A stretch of DNA of 64,000 bases from positions 96,001-160,000 of IMG/VR virus record IMGVR_UViG_3300023208_000003; one strand, written 5' to 3'. Below the pieces are notes generated by a model that saw nothing but the letters and a program-made list of their open reading frames with translations, ran no database searches and was not told where the DNA came from. Below are positions 19,289 to 28,920 of this stretch, piece by piece. A program made the translations under genes and the position numbers. The stretch is from a virus. The first letter of the stretch is position 1, and each line of letters begins with the position of its first letter.

Positions 19289-19474
19289 ATGAGTGACGAA
19301 AATAAAGAAAAACTTCATTCAGTACTTCGTGATCTAATTAAAGATGAATCGACTACTGCGTCAGCAACTCTTCATGATTACTTTTCGTCCAAGTCTAGAG
19401 AAGTTCTAGGTTTTGGTGAAAAAGATGCAAGTAGTTCAAGAATCGATGACAAAAATGACTTAGAAGACGAATAA
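19289..19474 (+). CDS. small acidic prohead core protein (gp67/gp68-like position)
   Basis: 61-aa acidic ORF between protease and scaffold, with GGAG RBS. Confidence 0.5.
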   Translation: MSDENKEKLHSVLRDLIKDESTTASATLHDYFSSKSREVLGFGEKDASSSRIDDKNDLEDE

Positions 19475-19507
19475 TTACTCATTTTTTACACTGCATTTTT
19501 GAACCTG

Positions 19508-19582
19508 TATAAATAATAACAAATCAAAATGCGGAAAACGCAATTTGCAGTTGTAAAGATTTTGATTTTCACCTTATAAATA
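19508..19582 (+). promoter_or_regulatory. two T4-type late promoters TATAAATA
   Basis: TATAAATA at 19508-19515 and 19575-19582, upstream of the scaffold/capsid genes. Related (A/G)ATAAATA motifs occur at 2488, 10672, 24292, 30354, 33989, 43431, 47804, 50034, and TATAAATA at 60100. Confidence 0.75.
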
Positions 19583-19595
19583 GGAGATTAGCACT

Positions 19596-20495
19596 ATGGA
19601 TGAAATCCTTAATAAATTATTGGAATCCGAGTTGCTAAGCGACGAAACGAAGACTGAAGTTTCAACTCTCTGGAACTCTGCCGTATCAAAGAAAATGGCA
19701 GAAATTAAAGAAGAAGTTGAATTGGAAGTTCGCGCAGAACTCGCCGAGCAATGGACAAAAGACCGTGAAGCCTTCATTACGAAGGTTGATACATTTGTAA
19801 CCGAGCAGCTTACTACTGAACTTGCAGACTTACGTGGCGATATTGAGCGCTTCCGTGATCTAGAGGTTGAGTACAGCGAGCGTCTCGTAGAAGAAAAGAA
19901 GAAAATTGCAGAAGAAGTTGCAAAAGAAATGGATACTCTTGTTGACAAGATTGATGCATTCTTTGAGCTTCGTATTGCAGAAGAGATGGCTGAATTCAAG
20001 GAAGACCTTGAAATCGTTAAGCAGAACGAGTTTGGTCGTAAAGTATTTGAGGCATTTGCTTCAGAGTACGCGAACTCCCACGTTGATGAAGAAAGCAACT
20101 CTACTAAGCTTTCAATTGCTGAAAGCAAAGTTGCTGATCTTACCAAGCGCCTAGCGGCACTTGAAACTGAAAAGAACAAAATGATTCGTGAATCTAAAAT
20201 GGCTGAAGTTCTTAAGCCACTTTCTGGCGAAAAACGTGAGTCAATGGCATTCATCCTCCAAAACGTTGAGACCAACAAACTTGAAGAAGCTTACAAGCAC
20301 TTCATTGGTCGCATCTTAAAGGAAGAAAAGCCTGCTTCTGAAAAGAAGGAAGAGGTTCTTAAAGAGTCAACCACTAAAGTTGTAACTGGCGAAGAGAAGA
20401 ATGCAGAAATCATCAAAGAAGAAAAATCTGCAGCAGCTCCAGCCTCCAGCAGCAATCTTGATAGTATCAGACGCTTAGCTGGTATCAAGAAATAA
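19596..20495 (+). CDS. gp22: prohead scaffold/core protein (T4 gp22-like)
   Basis: Glu/Lys-rich coiled coil directly upstream of MCP. Confidence 0.8.
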   Translation: MDEILNKLLESELLSDETKTEVSTLWNSAVSKKMAEIKEEVELEVRAELAEQWTKDREAFITKVDTFVTEQLTTELADLRGDIERFRDLEVEYSERLVEEKKKIAEEVAKEMDTLVDKIDAFFELRIAEEMAEFKEDLEIVKQNEFGRKVFEAFASEYANSHVDEESNSTKLSIAESKVADLTKRLAALETEKNKMIRESKMAEVLKPLSGEKRESMAFILQNVETNKLEEAYKHFIGRILKEEKPASEKKEEVLKESTTKVVTGEEKNAEIIKEEKSAAAPASSSNLDSIRRLAGIKK

Positions 20496-20520
20496 TTTCC
20501 AAGTTAGAGGAGAATTTACT

Positions 20521-21747
20521 ATGGAACTATTTGAAAATTGGCAAGAAACTAAAGAAGTATTGCTTGAAGGCGTACCTGAGCACAAGAAGAGCTATGTTGC
20601 TTCTGTAATGGAAACTCAGAAAAAGTACCTTACTGAAACTGCTGCCGCTACTGCCAGCAACTCAACCGCTATCAGCAATTTCCAGAAGATCGTCATTCCG
20701 ATGATCCGCCGTATTATCCCAGCAACTATTGCTACTGAACTCGTTGGTATTCAGCCAATGCCTGGTCCAGTATCTTTGGTTTATTCATTACGTTTCCTCT
20801 TTTCTGAGAACGTAACAACCGTACCAGCACAGACACCATCTGAAGACATCGTTGGTCTTTCTACTGAAGTTTTCTCAAACAACAGTAAGACAAAACGTTG
20901 GTATTCTACTTCTAATGTCTCTGCACCGAGCGGTGGCCCAGCAGCTGCTACTTCAGCAGGTGAAGCTGCTCTTACCTCTGATTACGAAAGTTTCGGCGGT
21001 CGTGCAATGCAGCTCGAAGTTCTTAAGCAGACTGTAACTGCTGGTTCACGTAAGTTACAAGCTAAGTGGACTATCGAAGCTATGCAGGATCTTTCTGCGC
21101 AGCACGGTCTTGATCTTGAAGCTGAAATTACTGCAGCTCTTTCTGCAGAAATCGTATCTGAAATTGATAACGAAATCATCAACAACCTTATCCAGCTTGC
21201 TGGTACTTCCGACAGCTTTGATATGTCTGGTACTTTTACTGGCGTACCTAACTACGTTGGTGATCGTCACGCAGTTCTTGGTGTATTGATTAACAAGGTT
21301 GCTAATGAGATTGGACGTAAGACACGTCGTGGTCCTGCTAACTGGATCGTTGTTTCCCCACTTGTTGTTTCTATCCTCCAGTCAGCTGCTAAGTCTGTCT
21401 TTGCTCCTGCTGTTTCTGGTTCTTTTGAAGGTCCAAACAACACCAAGTTGGTTGGTACTTTGAATGGAAATATCAAGGTTTACACCTACTTGTACCATGA
21501 CACTGGCGTTGAGCCAATTCTTCTTGGTTACAAGGGTGGTAATGGTGAGTTGGATGCAGGTTATTTTTACTGCCCATACATCCCATTGATGGCTTCTCAG
21601 GTTATTACTGATCCATCTACCTACAACCCACAAATCAGCTTAATGACCCGTTACGGAAAAGCAACTTTCCTTAACAGCACAACAAGCCTTGGGAACTCAG
21701 CCGACTACTACGGAAAAATCACTGTTTCGAATTTGACTTTCCTCTAA
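20521..21747 (+). CDS. gp23: major capsid protein (T4 gp23-like)
   Basis: IPMIRR..P..IA.ELVGIQPM.GP, RKLQAKWT.EA.QDL.A.HG.D.EAE, FYCPYIPL, MTRYG. Probable gp21 cleavage site at YLTE/T. Confidence 0.96.
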   Translation: MELFENWQETKEVLLEGVPEHKKSYVASVMETQKKYLTETAAATASNSTAISNFQKIVIPMIRRIIPATIATELVGIQPMPGPVSLVYSLRFLFSENVTTVPAQTPSEDIVGLSTEVFSNNSKTKRWYSTSNVSAPSGGPAAATSAGEAALTSDYESFGGRAMQLEVLKQTVTAGSRKLQAKWTIEAMQDLSAQHGLDLEAEITAALSAEIVSEIDNEIINNLIQLAGTSDSFDMSGTFTGVPNYVGDRHAVLGVLINKVANEIGRKTRRGPANWIVVSPLVVSILQSAAKSVFAPAVSGSFEGPNNTKLVGTLNGNIKVYTYLYHDTGVEPILLGYKGGNGELDAGYFYCPYIPLMASQVITDPSTYNPQISLMTRYGKATFLNSTTSLGNSADYYGKITVSNLTFL

Positions 21748-21776
21748 TTCGACTCTGTAATTTACAGGATGTAAGC

Positions 21777-21807
21777 AAAAAAGCCAACCCGAAGGTTGGC
21801 TTTTTTT
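21777..21807 (+). terminator. intrinsic terminator after MCP
   Basis: GCCAACC-CGAA-GGTTGGC followed by T7 and preceded by A6. Confidence 0.88.
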
Positions 21808-21843
21808 GTTTATAAAAGTTGATAAAGATGTTATAATAAGCAC

Positions 21844-22350
21844 ATGAATATTTTTGTACTAGATGAAGATGTTGAAGTCTGCGCGCGTTATCACTGTGAT
21901 GCGCACATTCGAAAAATGATTATTGAATATGCACAACTTCTTTCATTTGCTTTTTATTCAGTTCCTGAAATAGGCGCAGCGTTTTATGATTATGGCTTAA
22001 TTTATAAGAACAGTAAAGCTCATTTTAATCACCCTTGCGCTGTTTGGGTACGAGAATCATTAGCTAACTGGGAATGGTTGCAGCAACTTGCAATTCATTT
22101 ATCGCTTGAGCATTGGTACCGATACGGGCAGTATTCAGGAAACTTTCATAAGTCTGGAGTAATGTTAAATAATATGCCAACTCCAGAGCATTTACCTAAC
22201 AAGGAACTTACTGAGCAACCAAAGTGCATGCCTGACCAATTTAAGGATGAGACAGTTATAACATCGTATCGTAATTATTATCGCTACGATAAGGTAAGAT
22301 TCGCTACATGGAAAAACCGTTCAATTCCATATTTTATGAAAATACAATGA
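21844..22350 (+). CDS. pyrimidine-dimer DNA glycosylase-like protein (DenV-related family)
   Basis: MNIFVLD...HCD.HI.KMIIEYAQLLS, HFNHPCAVWVRES..NW.WL, YR.YY..DK..FATW. Confidence 0.65.
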   Translation: MNIFVLDEDVEVCARYHCDAHIRKMIIEYAQLLSFAFYSVPEIGAAFYDYGLIYKNSKAHFNHPCAVWVRESLANWEWLQQLAIHLSLEHWYRYGQYSGNFHKSGVMLNNMPTPEHLPNKELTEQPKCMPDQFKDETVITSYRNYYRYDKVRFATWKNRSIPYFMKIQ

Positions 22351-22535
22351 AAATTTTAGCCAGTATTTTACTTTGGATGCTAGCTTCTTTTTTAGGAATG
22401 ATTTTAGCAAGTGAGCTCTTCTTTAGCAACTTAAAACAAATGGCACCTGAAAAGCTAAAGTGTTATGAAAAACGTTTTTTGATTTATCAAGTAAATCCTA
22501 CAATTCCTGGGTGTGAGGTAAAAAACAATGATTGA
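22347..22535 (+). CDS. small membrane protein
   Basis: ATGA-coupled MKILASILLWMLASFLGMILA hydrophobic N-terminus. Confidence 0.5.
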   Translation: MKILASILLWMLASFLGMILASELFFSNLKQMAPEKLKCYEKRFLIYQVNPTIPGCEVKNND

Positions 22536-22695
22536 ACAACTTGTTGATGATCTTCAGTATGGTCAACTTTGGTTAACCATCAATCGAAATTTTTTTATAC
22601 TTTACTCGTATGAAGGTGAACGTTTGTTTGAAACAACTGACTTTAATGAGCTAAATGCATGGTTGAAATCTTTTATTCAGCCTTTAAAAGACTAA
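22528..22695 (+). CDS. hypothetical protein (55 aa, below ORF-track cutoff)
   Basis: MIEQLVDDLQYGQLWLTINRNFFILYSYEGERLFETTDFNELNAWLKSFIQPLKD*; GAGG RBS upstream. Confidence 0.5.
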   Translation: MIEQLVDDLQYGQLWLTINRNFFILYSYEGERLFETTDFNELNAWLKSFIQPLKD

Positions 22696-22739
22696 CAGAT
22701 TTAATTTGCGGTCAATCAATACTTATAGAGGGGCAAAAA

Positions 22740-22952
22740 ATGAGCCACCCGTTTTCAGAAGAGCGTTTAGCGGAGTTAAACGCAGAAATTGATTTTCTAA
22801 CTGAGGTAATTTCAGCTACACGTGATAGACCAACACGCTACAATGCGGTTATATCAGGTTCAAATATTTACGCGATCATTCAGCAGCTTGAACTTCAGCG
22901 TTCTGAATTACAGGTAAAAGCTGCTGTTCTTGAGGATTATCTTCAAGAATAG
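22740..22952 (+). CDS. hypothetical coiled-coil protein
   Basis: GAGGGG RBS then MSHPFSEERLAELNAEIDFL. Confidence 0.5.
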   Translation: MSHPFSEERLAELNAEIDFLTEVISATRDRPTRYNAVISGSNIYAIIQQLELQRSELQVKAAVLEDYLQE

Positions 22953-23115
22953 GAACCCAGTATGTTTCACCTGCTTTAGGCACAACGTTTTGATTTGCTA
23001 TGTTGAATAAGTTTTGAAGTTCATCAAGTTTACTATGATCGTTGTTTTTGAGCTTTAAAACAGCATCGACTGTGTGACCTGGTAGAAAGCACCAGGCTTC
23101 ATATCTAATTACCAT
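22876..23115 (-). CDS. small LysM-like protein
   Basis: F.PGHTVDAV.......L..L..F...N....PKAGETYWVP resembles the LysM pattern. Confidence 0.4.
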   Translation of the reverse strand: MVIRYEAWCFLPGHTVDAVLKLKNNDHSKLDELQNLFNIANQNVVPKAGETYWVPILEDNPQEQQLLPVIQNAEVQAAE

Positions 23116-23116
23116 T

Positions 23117-24238
23117 TTAGTAATACCAATTCGCTGATGAACTTGTTTGAAGGCTAATTTTTAATGGAACAATTTTATTTCCATCCATTTTTACAAAAAC
23201 ACGAAATGAAGGAGGCGGAACGCCGTAATCTGTTGTAATAGCATTTAAAGTAGAATCATTCCATTTATCAATACTTTTCATCTTATTTTTTATTTCATTT
23301 TTAATATTTTTTACTTTTGTGGTATTTTCATTAATCTCGTATTCAATATATGCTTCACCGCTTAAAAGCGATTTAAATGAAAAGTTGCTGTTATTATTGA
23401 ATAATGTGTAATCATATCCATCAATTTTTAGCTTTTCTAATGGTCCGTGTTCTTGAAAAAGACCTTGGACCTGGTCGATATTATCAACTCCTTTTGATTT
23501 TGACGCTTTAAAGTTATCAAGACGTTTTGCTAACTCAAGTCTGGCATTTCTTTTAAATTCATTTTGTTTTTTAACATTACTATCAGGTATTGATGGCGCA
23601 AATGTAGCGCCAGCCCGAGTTGACTTACGTTCGCGTTGCTTTTCATCTCGTTTTTCATCTCGTTGAATAGCATAAACAATTGGTTTGTGTGCTTTAAAAA
23701 TTGTTTTGTTTAAAGCTGCCATAATCTTGCTAAGCTGACTAAAATCAAGATTATGTAAAAAGTGAACTCCGCTTCTTGAGTTTTCTTTATGAAAGCTAAG
23801 ACTAGTTTTTTCTATTTGCGGTTTTAAAAGCTTATATTGGTCATCAGTAAAAGCCTGAGCGTCAATTCCTACCTTCCAGTATTTCCAGTCAGAGGCAACA
23901 ATTATAAAACATTGTTTATTGTTTGCGGAATTTAAGAAGACGTAAACGCCTGACGCGTTAGGATAAACACGCGTTTTATCATCATTTGTTTTTAAAGGCT
24001 CTTTTAAAAGTTCAAGAAAATCTGCGCCACTTTTGTAAGTAATCTGAACGAATTCAGAATCTCTGCCAAGCGTTGATTTAAGCTTATCAGCAGGATTAAA
24101 CGTGTTTGAATCGATATTCTTCTTTCTAGTTGGGTCAGTATCCGTTTTTAAAGCGTCTAAAAATTTTCTATCAAGCTTTATTAAGTTACCAAGGTGCTCT
24201 ACAAGAAGAGCTGATTGTAAAAGTTCAAAAAGTTTCAT
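23117..24238 (-). CDS. hypothetical protein, probably virion head-associated
   Basis: Start MKLFELLQSALLVEHL (L-x-E). Late-type GATAAATAG on - strand at 24283-24275. Confidence 0.65.
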   Translation of the reverse strand: MKLFELLQSALLVEHLGNLIKLDRKFLDALKTDTDPTRKKNIDSNTFNPADKLKSTLGRDSEFVQITYKSGADFLELLKEPLKTNDDKTRVYPNASGVYVFLNSANNKQCFIIVASDWKYWKVGIDAQAFTDDQYKLLKPQIEKTSLSFHKENSRSGVHFLHNLDFSQLSKIMAALNKTIFKAHKPIVYAIQRDEKRDEKQRERKSTRAGATFAPSIPDSNVKKQNEFKRNARLELAKRLDNFKASKSKGVDNIDQVQGLFQEHGPLEKLKIDGYDYTLFNNNSNFSFKSLLSGEAYIEYEINENTTKVKNIKNEIKNKMKSIDKWNDSTLNAITTDYGVPPPSFRVFVKMDGNKIVPLKISLQTSSSANWYY

Positions 24239-24274
24239 TCTTATCCTCAAAAAGAAACAGATTTTATATTGTTT

Positions 24275-24300
24275 CTATTTATCTCAGGATTGATAAATAG
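24275..24300. promoter_or_regulatory. back-to-back divergent late promoters
   Basis: CTATTTATC (24275-24283) and GATAAATAG (24292-24300) form an inverted repeat between divergent genes. Confidence 0.7.
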
Positions 24301-24319
24301 TTGAACATAACCACATAAT

Positions 24320-25864
24320 TTGGAAAGTTCAATGATCAATCCGCCAATTGAAAGCAGCACATTCGACTTATGGAGTGAAAGTCGTGAAGTTTCAATTTCA
24401 CTAGTAAGAGCAACTCCAACAACATTAACACTTAATTGGTCGACACCACCTACAACAAAAGCGTATGCTGGTTTTATAGTAACACTTTCAACAGCTCCAA
24501 TTTCATCGTTAAATCACCCAGTAGATGGCCAGCGTTATGTTGCTTCTGCTGATCTTGCTGTTCCAGCTGACACAATTGGTGGCGCGCAAGTAGTTGCTGC
24601 AAGATATTCGGCGTTTGACGGTCCAACGGCTACCGCCGCCGGCTCGATCACAATTACGAACGCGTCCCCAACAACGATTTATTATGCTTCGATTCATGGT
24701 GCATCCAATGTTCTTCAATATTATCCAGTTGGCGTTCAGTCTTACCCGCTAGAAGCCGGTAGAGTTGAAACAAACATTAATGCGTATGCAGGTTCAATCC
24801 CTGAAGCTGATTCTCCACCTCTTAATCCATTTACTGGGCAGGTTTTTTACAATCCAAATGATAATACTGTTAAGATGTGGAATGGAGCTGCCTGGATTAA
24901 CGCAAGTAATGATACTCCAGGAACAGGAACTATTGATCCTGACCCATTAACAGCAAGTCCAGCGTTAATTGCTGGTCAATTCTTTTATAATTCAGCGCAG
25001 CGCAAATTAAAAGTTTGGAATGGATCGTCTTGGATTGATGCAAACACAGATCAACCAGGTACACCAACAACTGATAAAATTCCTATTGGAAATGATGGAT
25101 CGTATGATGAACGTGTTCGCTTAATTAATGTTTTAAAAACTCAGCTTGGTTGGCCGGCCGTTTGTGTAGAACTTTCTGAAGAAAGCTTTAACATTGCAAT
25201 TGATAATGCATTAGATGAATTTAGACGACGTGCTGATAATGCATATCAACACCGTCACGTTTTATTTACTGTTAAAAATGGACAAACAAAATACTTTTTG
25301 AATGACCCAACAACTGGTACAAATCGTATTGTTGACATTATAAAAATTCATCGCGTAAATACTCTTGGTATGAACGCTTTAGGTGGTGATAACGGAATTT
25401 ACGCGCAAATTTTCTACAATCAATTTTTTTACGGTGCCATGATTGATGTATTGTCAATTCATTTGGTACACTCACTCGGAGAAGAATATGAGCGCCTTTT
25501 TGCTGGTAATTTAATGTTTGAGTGGATTGAAAGTTCTCGTGAACTTAACATTCTTCGTAGATTGTATAGAGATGAACGAGTTGTTTTAGAGTGTGTTATG
25601 GAACGAACAGAGCAAGAATTACTTGTTGACCGCTGGGCAAAACAGTGGCTTCAAGGGTGGGCACTAAGTGAGTGCTTTGAACAACTTGGAATGATTCGCT
25701 CTAAGTTCTCAACTTTGCCAGGCGCTGGTGGCGGTTTATCATTAAATGGGTCAGAGCTTCTTTCACTAGCGACAGAACAACAAACTGAGCTTTTAAGACA
25801 GATTCAAGATTTTGAAGTTGGCAATGGTCTTAGCGTTCCTGCCGGCGCCTTATTGATAGGTTAA
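24320..25864 (+). CDS. neck protein (T4 gp13-like) with N-terminal extension
   Basis: C-terminal half LGWP.V.VEL...F..AID.AL..F; W.K.W.QG...EQLG.IRSKF..LPG.GG..SLNG. N-terminal half has two GQ.FYN.....K.WNG..W repeats. Confidence 0.8.
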   Translation: MESSMINPPIESSTFDLWSESREVSISLVRATPTTLTLNWSTPPTTKAYAGFIVTLSTAPISSLNHPVDGQRYVASADLAVPADTIGGAQVVAARYSAFDGPTATAAGSITITNASPTTIYYASIHGASNVLQYYPVGVQSYPLEAGRVETNINAYAGSIPEADSPPLNPFTGQVFYNPNDNTVKMWNGAAWINASNDTPGTGTIDPDPLTASPALIAGQFFYNSAQRKLKVWNGSSWIDANTDQPGTPTTDKIPIGNDGSYDERVRLINVLKTQLGWPAVCVELSEESFNIAIDNALDEFRRRADNAYQHRHVLFTVKNGQTKYFLNDPTTGTNRIVDIIKIHRVNTLGMNALGGDNGIYAQIFYNQFFYGAMIDVLSIHLVHSLGEEYERLFAGNLMFEWIESSRELNILRRLYRDERVVLECVMERTEQELLVDRWAKQWLQGWALSECFEQLGMIRSKFSTLPGAGGGLSLNGSELLSLATEQQTELLRQIQDFEVGNGLSVPAGALLIG

Positions 25865-25866
25865 TT

Positions 25867-27639
25867 ATGGCAGAACCTACATCTTACGTTCCATCACAAC
25901 TTTGCATTGGACAGTGGCGTCTTCAAGACAATGCTGGTTGTAACAACGATTCTTCAACTCTTGAACAATACGTAGCTGAATCAATTGAGATAGCTGGTGC
26001 TCCAATGAATGTCTTTAAATTGCTAGGCGTTCACGAGCAAGGTCGTCTAATGGATTTAACTGGTTTTGGAACACCACTTTCGAGCGGCTCTTTAGCTGGT
26101 TCTGACGTAACAAACGCGTTTGATATTTCAGCTGATAGCTGGAAATCCGCGCAAGTAGGGTCTGCTGTAGTTGCAACTCCTGCTTGGATTGGTTACTTTT
26201 TTGGAACAAAAAAGACTAGCTTTGGAATGGATAAGTATAAACCTTCCAGCCCAATTCTTCAGCATATAACAACACTTAAAATTCAACAAGGCCCGAATAT
26301 TCAAAATCGCGCTTTACAAGTGCGTGTTGATCGTTCGGATGGAAAGCTTGATGCGAGACTCGTCTCACAATTTATTACGAGCGCAGCTGTTTTATCTAAC
26401 ATAAGGGCCGCGCAAACTGCAAAGTGGGGAACTGTTTACGTTACTGCAACAAGTTCTACTCAAATTTCTGTTTCTGGCCCTTCTGGAATCGAAACAGGGA
26501 CGATCGGTTCTTTTAAAGGCACTGACGTTCTATTTGACCTTCAAGGTCCAATGAATACCGGTGATATTTTTAGAATTGAACTAGACGTGAGGTGGAAACG
26601 TGCAGACATTATCAACCTTCCTAATACTAGCAATCTTGAACAAATTGCCATCAGACAGACCGCCCCATCCTCGTACTGGCGCATCGTCCCACTTATCTTT
26701 AATGGTGGAGCGACCGATTCGTGGGAAATTGTCAAGCTCGAACTCATTGATTTTCAATCGACCTCAATTGACAATATTGAAGATACCTTATTTCTCGAGA
26801 ATCGAGACAGAGATTATTCAAATACGTCAATTGAACTCAAGGCCCAATATCAACCAGTAGATTCAATTGGAGATTTAGGTAAATTTGGTTTTAATTTATT
26901 AGATCAATATGCTTTTAGTGTTTCATTTAGTCGAATGGTTGAGCTTCTTGGTAGGCCTATTGTTGTCGGTGACGTTATTGAAGTTACACCTGAGCTTGCC
27001 TATGATCAAAATTTAAAACCGATCAAGAAATTTTTAGAGGTAATCGACGCCTCATGGGCAGCTGAAGGATTTACCCCCGGCTGGAAGCCATTGATCTATA
27101 GATTTACAGCAGTCCCGCTTTTGCCATCGCAAGAACATCGTGATCTATTTGGAACGCCTGATGAGCAGCTTTACAAAGTTGACGATGGAACCTTTTTTAA
27201 CAACATTGGTCAACATCAAAACGCTCAACTAACTGTTGCTGAAGACGCGGCAACAGTTGCGCTTGACCAGGTTCCAGAGATAGGAGCTGACCCACAGGAA
27301 ATTGCTAGTGGTGCTCCACTCCTTAATAACGTAAACAAACTTGGTGAAAGAACTGACCAGCAAGATATGTATGTTCAGGACGCTATTCCACCTGATGGTT
27401 TACCTTACAAAGAGGGGTATACGTTTCCTGACGCAAATACCGCGTTGGACGGAGATTATTTCCGGCAAATTTATCCGCCTGACACCAGAATACCCGCTAG
27501 ACTGTACAAATTTAATGCAATCAAGCACCGCTGGATCTACCAGGAGACTGATATGCGTGATAGCTATAGTAGCCATAAGCCATCCATCCGCAGTGCCCTG
27601 GTGTCATTAGGGTCTAAGAGTTTAAAGAGTGACCTATGA
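25867..27639 (+). CDS. neck/head-closure protein (T4 gp14-like) with inserted domains
   Basis: ESIEIAG....FK.LG; LFLENRDR.Y; KFG....DQ..F.VSF..M...LGRPI.VGDVI; follows gp13-like gene. Confidence 0.72.
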   Translation: MAEPTSYVPSQLCIGQWRLQDNAGCNNDSSTLEQYVAESIEIAGAPMNVFKLLGVHEQGRLMDLTGFGTPLSSGSLAGSDVTNAFDISADSWKSAQVGSAVVATPAWIGYFFGTKKTSFGMDKYKPSSPILQHITTLKIQQGPNIQNRALQVRVDRSDGKLDARLVSQFITSAAVLSNIRAAQTAKWGTVYVTATSSTQISVSGPSGIETGTIGSFKGTDVLFDLQGPMNTGDIFRIELDVRWKRADIINLPNTSNLEQIAIRQTAPSSYWRIVPLIFNGGATDSWEIVKLELIDFQSTSIDNIEDTLFLENRDRDYSNTSIELKAQYQPVDSIGDLGKFGFNLLDQYAFSVSFSRMVELLGRPIVVGDVIEVTPELAYDQNLKPIKKFLEVIDASWAAEGFTPGWKPLIYRFTAVPLLPSQEHRDLFGTPDEQLYKVDDGTFFNNIGQHQNAQLTVAEDAATVALDQVPEIGADPQEIASGAPLLNNVNKLGERTDQQDMYVQDAIPPDGLPYKEGYTFPDANTALDGDYFRQIYPPDTRIPARLYKFNAIKHRWIYQETDMRDSYSSHKPSIRSALVSLGSKSLKSDL

Positions 27640-28361
27640 GATTTAAACAATTTTTAACAGAAGCCAAAATTCCAGAATTTGTAATACCTGCATTCTTTTG
27701 GTTTTCAGATGATTTTGCTAATTCAGTTTCAATGACGTTAAATTCAGCCATAGAAATATGGATGTCTGAAGACTCAATACAGAAGTTAATGATGCTAGTC
27801 AGAGGAGGCGTAACGCTAAAATGTACAAATTATGAACGTCAAACTAAAGCAGCTGTTAAAAATGGTTGGACGCTATTTGAAGAAGAGCACAATTTTGATA
27901 GTTATGAAGGAATACTTTATAAGAAGAGTCAAGAAATTCAATATCCTAAACTTTACTATTATCAATCTCAAAATTTATCAAAAATTCCAGCTGGTATGAA
28001 TATGGACGCAACTATAGTTGCAAATTTGGCGTTTAATAATTTATCTGACTTTGAAAACTTGCCGCATAATACTGCGCATTGTTTCTTAAATTCTAACAAA
28101 TATACATCACTCTCAGGAATACATAAGCAACTTAAGGATTGTTATCAACTTGATATTGAAAAGAACCCGATTAAAGAATCTGTTTTAGGATTGCTCTTAA
28201 TTAAAGGACTTTATGATTTTTCATTTGAAGGAGTTCCAGCAAAAGCTTATGACGCAATTTACTTAATTATGAAACATCATAGACATGAAGAAGCTGGAGA
28301 TGTTCTCGAAGCAAAAGCAGAACTAATAGAAAAAGGATTTAGCCAGTATGCGAAGCTTTAA
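27636..28361 (+). CDS. YAKL-family paralogue 12
   Basis: MRFKQFLTEA; YTSLSGIHKQL; ESVLGLLLI; GDVLEAKAELIEKGFSQYAKL*. Confidence 0.88.
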   Translation: MRFKQFLTEAKIPEFVIPAFFWFSDDFANSVSMTLNSAIEIWMSEDSIQKLMMLVRGGVTLKCTNYERQTKAAVKNGWTLFEEEHNFDSYEGILYKKSQEIQYPKLYYYQSQNLSKIPAGMNMDATIVANLAFNNLSDFENLPHNTAHCFLNSNKYTSLSGIHKQLKDCYQLDIEKNPIKESVLGLLLIKGLYDFSFEGVPAKAYDAIYLIMKHHRHEEAGDVLEAKAELIEKGFSQYAKL

Positions 28362-28920
28362 GCAATTTATACGTGAAAATATCGACGGCGTAAAAAATGG
28401 AATCTGGTGTACCTCACCACCAGAAAATCCTCTTGAGTATAATGCTACAGATTTAAGAACAATTTTAGATTTCAATAATTATGAAGAAGACCATCTTTAT
28501 AATGATGTTGAATTTGCGTTCTACAAAAAGCTAAATACTCTTGAAGGCTGTCCTGAAAAAGTTATTAATTATTTTTATCTAAACTTTTTACCTGAACTTA
28601 AAACGCTTGAGTATGCTCCTAAATTTGTCGGAAATTCAGCTTATCTTTCATCATTAGATCTTTCAACGTTGTCTGGCATTGGTAAGCGCTTTTTCAATGA
28701 AATTAAAGTTATGCTTTCATTTGATAATTGCACAATTGATTCATCTATTTTAGGGCTCTTATTGATTAAGGGGCTTTCATCCTGTGTTTCAGTTTTTAAT
28801 GGCGGTAAAGATTTAGAACGTGCGATAATCGTAATCAACAACCACTTACCTGATCGTGATATTTTAGAAGCAAAAACAGAACTTATCGAACTTGGATATT
28901 CACGATACGCAAAGCTATGA
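28348..28920 (+). CDS. YAKL-family paralogue 13
   Basis: MRSFKQFIRE; LNTLEGCP/LKTLEYAP repeats; DRDILEAKTELIELGYSRYAKL*. Confidence 0.88.
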   Translation: MRSFKQFIRENIDGVKNGIWCTSPPENPLEYNATDLRTILDFNNYEEDHLYNDVEFAFYKKLNTLEGCPEKVINYFYLNFLPELKTLEYAPKFVGNSAYLSSLDLSTLSGIGKRFFNEIKVMLSFDNCTIDSSILGLLLIKGLSSCVSVFNGGKDLERAIIVINNHLPDRDILEAKTELIELGYSRYAKL

